DNA from: a virus
Direction: 5' to 3' (one strand)
IMG/VR virus record: IMGVR_UViG_3300002461_000156
Span: 1-43,558 of that record
Length of the DNA stretch: 43,558 bases
The position numbers and the translations under genes are program-made. Below are positions 38,486 through 43,558 of this stretch, in pieces. The notes beneath the pieces are model-generated. The model worked only from the letters and a program-made list of their open reading frames with translations. It ran no database searches and was not told where the DNA came from. How positions within the stretch are numbered: position 1 is the stretch's first letter; each line of letters starts with the position of its first letter.

Positions 38486-38952
38486 TGGAGCAGGAAGCAA
38501 AGACTGCGCCCGCCACCGCGGCGGCGATCGGTATTTCGTTTCAGGTTGGTGTCGACGACGGACGCCAGCTTGTGTTCCAGACCCATGTTGCGCAGGACGC
38601 TACCCGCGAAGACATGGACAAGCTGGTCGACAAGTTGCGCCAGGTTGCCGAGCGGCAGGAAGCGATCATCCAGACCGAGAAGTTGAACGATCTTCTCGCG
38701 AAGGAAGAAGACGGCCACCGCGTTGCGAATGCAGCGATCGAGAATTACGAAGCCGACCTGCAAGCGAACTGGGCGGCTGCGAAGAAACACGGCGCGTTCA
38801 AGCTGAGCACGCAGGAACTGGCGCAGAAGAACAACCTGAAAGCGAACCTGACGCGGTTCGAGGTTCAGACTTCGCGCATCCGGAAAAACATCGAAGCCTA
38901 TGCGAAGAAAATCGACGGTTCGGCATACGCGCCGGAAGCCAAGCAGGAGTAA
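38485..38952 (+). CDS. Hypothetical structural-module protein, 155 aa (coiled-coil-like).
   Basis: ATG 38485 overlaps the upstream TAA (TAATG). Confidence 0.6.
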   Translation: MEQEAKTAPATAAAIGISFQVGVDDGRQLVFQTHVAQDATREDMDKLVDKLRQVAERQEAIIQTEKLNDLLAKEEDGHRVANAAIENYEADLQANWAAAKKHGAFKLSTQELAQKNNLKANLTRFEVQTSRIRKNIEAYAKKIDGSAYAPEAKQE

Positions 38953-38958
38953 TCGCCC

Positions 38959-39657
38959 GTGCAGACGGCCCAGACAATTTGCGACTTGGCTCGGCAGATC
39001 GCAAAATGTCCGGGTTACGGCACCCAAAGCGGGCAGATGCTGAACACGATCCTCGCGGAACTCGCGACGGATTATGATTTCGACATTCTTCGCGTCAGCA
39101 CCACGATCACTCTGAACTCGGGGAGCGGGCCGTACAACCTCCCCGCTGATTACTACCGTGCTCGCCCGAACGACGTGCTCTATACGATCGACGGCGTGCC
39201 CTACAACATGATTAACATTGACTTGGCCGAGTACGACAACCTTGTCCAGCAGCCGGGCATGCAAAGCTACCCGACCATGTTCGCGACGAATATGTCCACG
39301 ACCCCGCCGACGCTACTGGTCTGGCCGCCCTCGTCCGGTTCGTTCGTGTGCCTTGTGCGCTACCAGTCGAAGCCCGCGGATATTGCCACGCCCGAGAGCA
39401 ATTCCGCGCTCCCGTGGTTTCCGAACGACGTCTATCTGGTCACGCGGCTTGCTGGCGAACTGATGAAAATTACGAACGATGACCGCGCTTCGCGCTTCCT
39501 TGGCGACGAGCCCGGTTTTGGTGCGCGCGACATTCTGCGCAGCTACCTCAAAATGAAGGACGATCCGGAAGGGCGCGCGAAGACGGTCTCGCTCGACCGC
39601 CGCCGGTTCGGAAACGCGTTCAGCGGATTGCCGAATACGAAAATGATCGGCTGGTAA
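38959..39657 (+). CDS. Adaptor or tail-tubular-protein-A-like candidate, 232 aa.
   Basis: GTG 38959 has AGGAG upstream. The size and its position ahead of a larger tail protein resemble the gp11/gp12 pair of T7-like tails. This is inference only. Confidence 0.4.
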   Translation: MQTAQTICDLARQIAKCPGYGTQSGQMLNTILAELATDYDFDILRVSTTITLNSGSGPYNLPADYYRARPNDVLYTIDGVPYNMINIDLAEYDNLVQQPGMQSYPTMFATNMSTTPPTLLVWPPSSGSFVCLVRYQSKPADIATPESNSALPWFPNDVYLVTRLAGELMKITNDDRASRFLGDEPGFGARDILRSYLKMKDDPEGRAKTVSLDRRRFGNAFSGLPNTKMIGW

Positions 39658-39660
39658 GCC

Positions 39661-41280
39661 ATGACGCTTTCCCGCTCCCGCCCGGTTCCTTTCGCACCCG
39701 GCTCAGTTTGCGACACGCTGGACGCGACGACGGCTGCGCGCGGCGCTATGGCGTCCCTTCAGAACCTGATCCCGGACCCGACCACACGCAATCTGCTGCA
39801 CTGCCGCCCTGCGTCGATGCTGGCTACGGACTTCACCGGGTTCACCACGCCGGGCTTCATTTCCGGGTATAAGACGATCGGCAACCGCGTGTACGGGCTG
39901 ATCTCGACTGCGCTGAATGCAGGACGTGATGAGCCGTTTATTTACGATCTCGCGGCGGACGCATTCATCCCGGTCACCGGCACCAACGTCGACAACGCGC
40001 CCGCGAGCCCGGCCACGTTCGGCACATGGTCGCCGCCGACTTTCGCGATGGTCGGCACGAAGCTGATCGTGACGCACCCCGGCTTCACGGGTGCAGGTGC
40101 GTATTTTGGCTGGTTCGATCTTGCGGACCCGAACGCGCCCGTATGGGACGCGGGCAACACCACGCCGGTTGCGCTGATCCGGCCGCCGAAGGCTGTGGCG
40201 GCTTTCAGTGGCCGCGCTTATTTTGCGGTGAACAACGCGGTTGCGTTCTCGGACCAGTTGCTCCCGACGCAAATCACGAACCCGGACCAGGTGCTGACAC
40301 TCGGCGACGATACGCCGGTAACAGCGCTCGCAGGCTTGCCGCTGCAAAACCAGCTTGGCGGCATCATTCAGTCGCTGATCGCCTTTAAGGGCGTCGTGGT
40401 TATGTTCCAGATCACGGGCGATGCCGCGGATACCAGTCGGCCGCTTACGGTGAATACGCTGAACGTGGCGACCGGCACCGCGGCGCCCGCGTCGATCTGC
40501 ACGACGCCGAAGGGCATTGCGTTCATGTCGCCGGAAGGCGTGCGCCTGATCGACTTCGGCGCGAACGTGTCGGACCCGATCGGCTTCGAAGGCGACGGCA
40601 TCACGAACCCGTTCATCAACGCGGTCGTTCCGTCGCGCATTTGCGCAGCCTACGCAGGCGACGTCATGCGGATCACCGTGCAGAACGGGGCGAAAGCGAA
40701 CTCGCCGTTCGAGGAATACTGGTTTCACATCGCGCGCAAAATCTGGACCGGGCCACATACGTCGGCGGCGTCCACGATCGCGCAGTGGGGTGCGCAGTTC
40801 GTGCTTGCGCTGCAAGGCGTCACCGGCAAGCTGTTCAAGGGCGAAACGGTGCAGACGTCGACGAGCACGTTCAAAGAGAACGGCGTGCAGCTTCGCTTCG
40901 ACTTCACGACTTCGTTCCTGCCGAACACGAACGAAATGGCGGAATGCAATATCACCGAGAGCACGGTGAACATCGCACTTTCTTATGGCGAGAACCCGTT
41001 CTTCGCGTCGTGGCTCGACCAGAATGATGAAGTCGTGGACGTGGTGACGATCCCGCCGACGGGCAACGAAACGCTTTGGGGCGATTTTGACTGGGGCGAC
41101 GGCTCGCTTTGGGGCGGCAGCATCGACAAGCTGGCGGTGCGCCAGATCCCGTGGAATATCCCGATTGTGTTTCAGCGCGGAAAGTTCTCGATCGAGGGCG
41201 ACTGCCGCGCTGGCGTGAAGATCGGCATGTGCTATTTCCGGTATGAAGTTCTGGGCTATCTGCTGCAACGCACGGCATAG
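39661..41280 (+). CDS. Tail tube or nozzle (tail-tubular-protein-B-like) candidate, 539 aa.
   Basis: The call is based on position and size only. Confidence 0.4.
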   Translation: MTLSRSRPVPFAPGSVCDTLDATTAARGAMASLQNLIPDPTTRNLLHCRPASMLATDFTGFTTPGFISGYKTIGNRVYGLISTALNAGRDEPFIYDLAADAFIPVTGTNVDNAPASPATFGTWSPPTFAMVGTKLIVTHPGFTGAGAYFGWFDLADPNAPVWDAGNTTPVALIRPPKAVAAFSGRAYFAVNNAVAFSDQLLPTQITNPDQVLTLGDDTPVTALAGLPLQNQLGGIIQSLIAFKGVVVMFQITGDAADTSRPLTVNTLNVATGTAAPASICTTPKGIAFMSPEGVRLIDFGANVSDPIGFEGDGITNPFINAVVPSRICAAYAGDVMRITVQNGAKANSPFEEYWFHIARKIWTGPHTSAASTIAQWGAQFVLALQGVTGKLFKGETVQTSTSTFKENGVQLRFDFTTSFLPNTNEMAECNITESTVNIALSYGENPFFASWLDQNDEVVDVVTIPPTGNETLWGDFDWGDGSLWGGSIDKLAVRQIPWNIPIVFQRGKFSIEGDCRAGVKIGMCYFRYEVLGYLLQRTA

Positions 41281-41289
41281 GGGACGACC

Positions 41290-42900
41290 ATGAAAAAACT
41301 GCTGCTGGTTCTTGCGCTGCTGTTCGCGCCGACGGGTGCGCCCGCGCAGATCATCAACACATTGCCGTTCATCTTGCAGAACGGAACGCCGGCCGATGCC
41401 GCTGAAGTCATGGCCGACTTCAACCAGATCGTGAACAACGTAAACACGAACGCGGCGAAGAACGGCATCAATTCCGACATTACGGCGCTGCTCGGCCTGA
41501 CGACGCCGCTGACCCCTTCGCAGGGCGGCTCGTCCGTCTACATTGGTGGCACTTCGACCGGCACCGCGAACGCAATCGTGGTCGCTGCGGTGACGCCCGC
41601 CACCGGGTTTGCCGTGAGCAATGGACGCCGCGTCGTGTTCACTGCGGGGCTGACGAATACGGGCGCGACCACGCTCAACGTGTTTTCGAGCGGGGTAAAG
41701 GACGTCTACAAGCTGGGGCCTTCCGGCTCGATCCCGCTGACCGGCGGCGAGATCGTCGCGGGCTCGATCGTGGAAGCGGTCTACGATGGCACACGCTACC
41801 AGCTAATTACGAACAACTTGTCGGTGCTCGGGCCGCTTACGAACGTGGCATCTGCGACCACGACCGATCTCGCGACGGTGACGAGCCACAACGCGAACAT
41901 CACGGGCAACACCACGATCACGTCGTTCGGCGCGAACGCATCGCTGGAATTCCCGATCTACTATCTGAAATTCGCTGGCTCGTTGACGCTGACGTACAAC
42001 GGCACCAGCCTGCTCATGCCGGGCTCGGCGAATATCCAGACCGCGCAGAACGATACCGCGGTTGCGCTCTACCTCGGCAGCGGCAACTGGCAGATCATTT
42101 CCTACCAGCGTGCGTCAGGCACGACGGTCGTGGCGACGGTGCCGCTTTGCGGCGCTTCCGGGCTTTCGATCACGAATAATTCGGGTACGCCGAACACGCT
42201 GATCGACATGACTGCACTTCAGACCGTGATGCAGGACACGGCTGGCGTCACCTATACGGGCAACAGCATTTCGGTTTCGGTGAATACGACCGTCACCGGA
42301 GCAAATGGGCTCGACACCGGCACGCGCGCAAACTCAACCTGGTATTATTTATGGTTCATCGGGAACGGCACGACTACCGCCGGGCTTGCAAGCCTGTCGT
42401 CGACTGCGCCGACGATGCCCGCGGGCTACACGTACAAGTGCCGCCTCGGGGCGATGCTGACGGATGGATCGGCTAACTTCCTGCGTACGCTCCAGAAAGG
42501 GCGCATCGCGCAATATGTGGTCGGGGCTGCGACGATTTTGCCAGTGCTGGCTTCAGGCGCGGCTGGAACATACTCGGCTGCTTCTCCCACGCTGGCGGCG
42601 ACGGCAGCGGTGACGTTCTGCATCCCCGCCACGGCACCGCGAATTAACATCGGGGCGACAAATATATATGGCGGTGCAGCGGCAGCGAACGTGCTGGTGG
42701 CGCCGAACGTGAACTGGGGCGGCACGAACCGGGGTCCAGCCGGTACGTCGAACAACGCAGGTTGGCCCGTCTACCTGATCTCGGACGGCCGCGTGGCGAA
42801 CGTCTGGATTACGCTTGAAACGACTACACTCGCATGGGCGAACTCGTCGGCCGGCGCGATTATGTGCTTCGGCTGGGAAGACGCGGTGAACGCGAACTGA
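41290..42900 (+). CDS. Tail-fibre or receptor-binding-like protein with a signal-peptide-like N-terminus, 536 aa.
   Basis: The N-terminus is MKKLLLVLALLFAPTGAPA/QI. The rest is Thr/Gly/Asn/Ala-rich, fibre-like sequence. Confidence 0.6.
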   Translation: MKKLLLVLALLFAPTGAPAQIINTLPFILQNGTPADAAEVMADFNQIVNNVNTNAAKNGINSDITALLGLTTPLTPSQGGSSVYIGGTSTGTANAIVVAAVTPATGFAVSNGRRVVFTAGLTNTGATTLNVFSSGVKDVYKLGPSGSIPLTGGEIVAGSIVEAVYDGTRYQLITNNLSVLGPLTNVASATTTDLATVTSHNANITGNTTITSFGANASLEFPIYYLKFAGSLTLTYNGTSLLMPGSANIQTAQNDTAVALYLGSGNWQIISYQRASGTTVVATVPLCGASGLSITNNSGTPNTLIDMTALQTVMQDTAGVTYTGNSISVSVNTTVTGANGLDTGTRANSTWYYLWFIGNGTTTAGLASLSSTAPTMPAGYTYKCRLGAMLTDGSANFLRTLQKGRIAQYVVGAATILPVLASGAAGTYSAASPTLAATAAVTFCIPATAPRINIGATNIYGGAAAANVLVAPNVNWGGTNRGPAGTSNNAGWPVYLISDGRVANVWITLETTTLAWANSSAGAIMCFGWEDAVNAN

Positions 42901-42960
42901 TTGCGGGCGTCTGGGGTTAGTGCTAGACATTCGCACCACACTTTAACGGGGGCATTTGCC

Positions 42961-43558
42961 ATGAAAATCCGTGGATTTATTTACGGTCTTGTCGCCGCGG
43001 CTACGCTGGCATCTGCCGCTATCGCCGCGAACCTTCCGCTTCAGACCGGTCCGGTCGAAGTCAACCAGCTTCGCGCGGTCATTAACCAGTTGATCCAGCA
43101 GATCAACACTGGCGTCGGCGGCCTCGCGAACGCGCAGACTGGCGCAGTTGCGACCGGCGCTGGCACTGCCGAACAGACGCTCCAGCAGTGGACGATGCCT
43201 GCGAACTTCCTCGATACCGCAGGGCAGGGCGTCCGCATTCGTTGCTGGGGCACGACCGCGGCGAACGCGAACAACAAAACCCGCAAGCTGTATTTCGGAA
43301 CGGCGGTCATCACGACAGCAACCGAAGCTGCGAACGCCCAGAACTGGGTGCTTGAACTCGTAGTCATGCGAACGGGTGCGGCTACGCAGTCGATCTCGGG
43401 CACCGGCCTTGCCGGTACGGGCGGCGTCACTCCGATTTCCTACGTTGCGCAGGGCGCGATCAGCCTTACCGCGGCGGTACTCATCAAATGCACCGGCACC
43501 GACGGCACCGACAGCGCTGGCGACATTACGGCCAACGGCATGCTGGTCGAAGTCATTA
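42961..43558 (+). CDS. 5' part of the wrap-around ORF (completed at nt 1-99). The product has a signal-peptide-like N-terminus.
   Basis: ATG 42961 has GGGGG upstream. The frame is open to the window end (checked codon by codon). The N-terminus is MKIRGFIYGLVAAATLASAAIA/AN. Confidence 0.7.
   Translation, partial: MKIRGFIYGLVAAATLASAAIAANLPLQTGPVEVNQLRAVINQLIQQINTGVGGLANAQTGAVATGAGTAEQTLQQWTMPANFLDTAGQGVRIRCWGTTAANANNKTRKLYFGTAVITTATEAANAQNWVLELVVMRTGAATQSISGTGLAGTGGVTPISYVAQGAISLTAAVLIKCTGTDGTDSAGDITANGMLVEVI
43465..43558. repeat. Second copy of the 94-bp terminal direct repeat (identical to nt 1-94).
   Basis: Exact identity was read directly from the sequence. Confidence 0.9.

Noticed and set aside
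41290-43558. A diversity-generating retroelement acting on the fibre or receptor-binding genes, as in some ~42-kb podophages.
   Set aside because: No reverse-transcriptase-like ORF is present anywhere in the window. I saw no template/variable repeat pair near the 3' ends of the fibre genes.
1-43558. A lysogeny module (integrase, excisionase, CI-type repressor) or CRISPR array.
   Set aside because: No recombinase-like ORF and no repeat-spacer array are present. The two small HTH proteins are more simply explained as lytic-cycle regulators.

Overview
This window looks like a complete, circularly closed genome of a tailed, podovirus-like dsDNA phage of about 43.46 kb unique sequence. Nt 1-94 are identical to nt 43465-43558, and one ORF is only completed when the two ends are joined.

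The genome has two divergent arms that start from a control region at about 24.1-25.85 kb.

- **Rightward (+) late arm, 25851 -> end -> 1 -> 6728:** KTSC-domain protein, large terminase, portal, an unusual block of fibre-like and glycine-rich proteins, a lysis cassette (M15 endolysin, holin, overlapped spanins), scaffold, major capsid protein, tail and adaptor proteins, two more fibre-like proteins, a GNAT acetyltransferase and three large internal or ejection-type proteins.
- **Leftward (-) early/replication arm, 25587 -> 6710:** about 20 small unknown genes, two HTH regulators, an N6-adenine methyltransferase, family-A DNA polymerase, DUF4031 protein, Cas4-like Fe-S PD-(D/E)XK nuclease, VRR-NUC nuclease, SNF2 helicase, a possible ssDNA-binding protein, a primase-polymerase/SF3 helicase fusion and a Mom-like DNA-modification gene. 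About 15 junctions in this arm are 4-nt NTGA stop/start overlaps.

I saw no integrase, phage RNA polymerase, reverse transcriptase, CRISPR array or recognisable small terminase.

The signals not explained by ordinary gene content are:
1. A tRNA-like element whose anticodon arm is replaced by a 35-nt hairpin.
2. A near-identical translation-initiation cassette, GGAGA(GA)CTGCG(AC)-ATG, reused at eight or more leftward genes.
3. An AT-rich, ORF-free region of about 1.06 kb with dispersed short repeats and a candidate sRNA.
4. A 0.45-kb ORF-free, GC-rich spacer with long perfect helices.
5. Sec-type signal-peptide-like N-termini on five fibre or structural proteins.
6. A Mom-like gene plus a Dam-like methyltransferase.

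All functional calls rest on motifs read from the translations and on gene order. No homology search or folding program was run.
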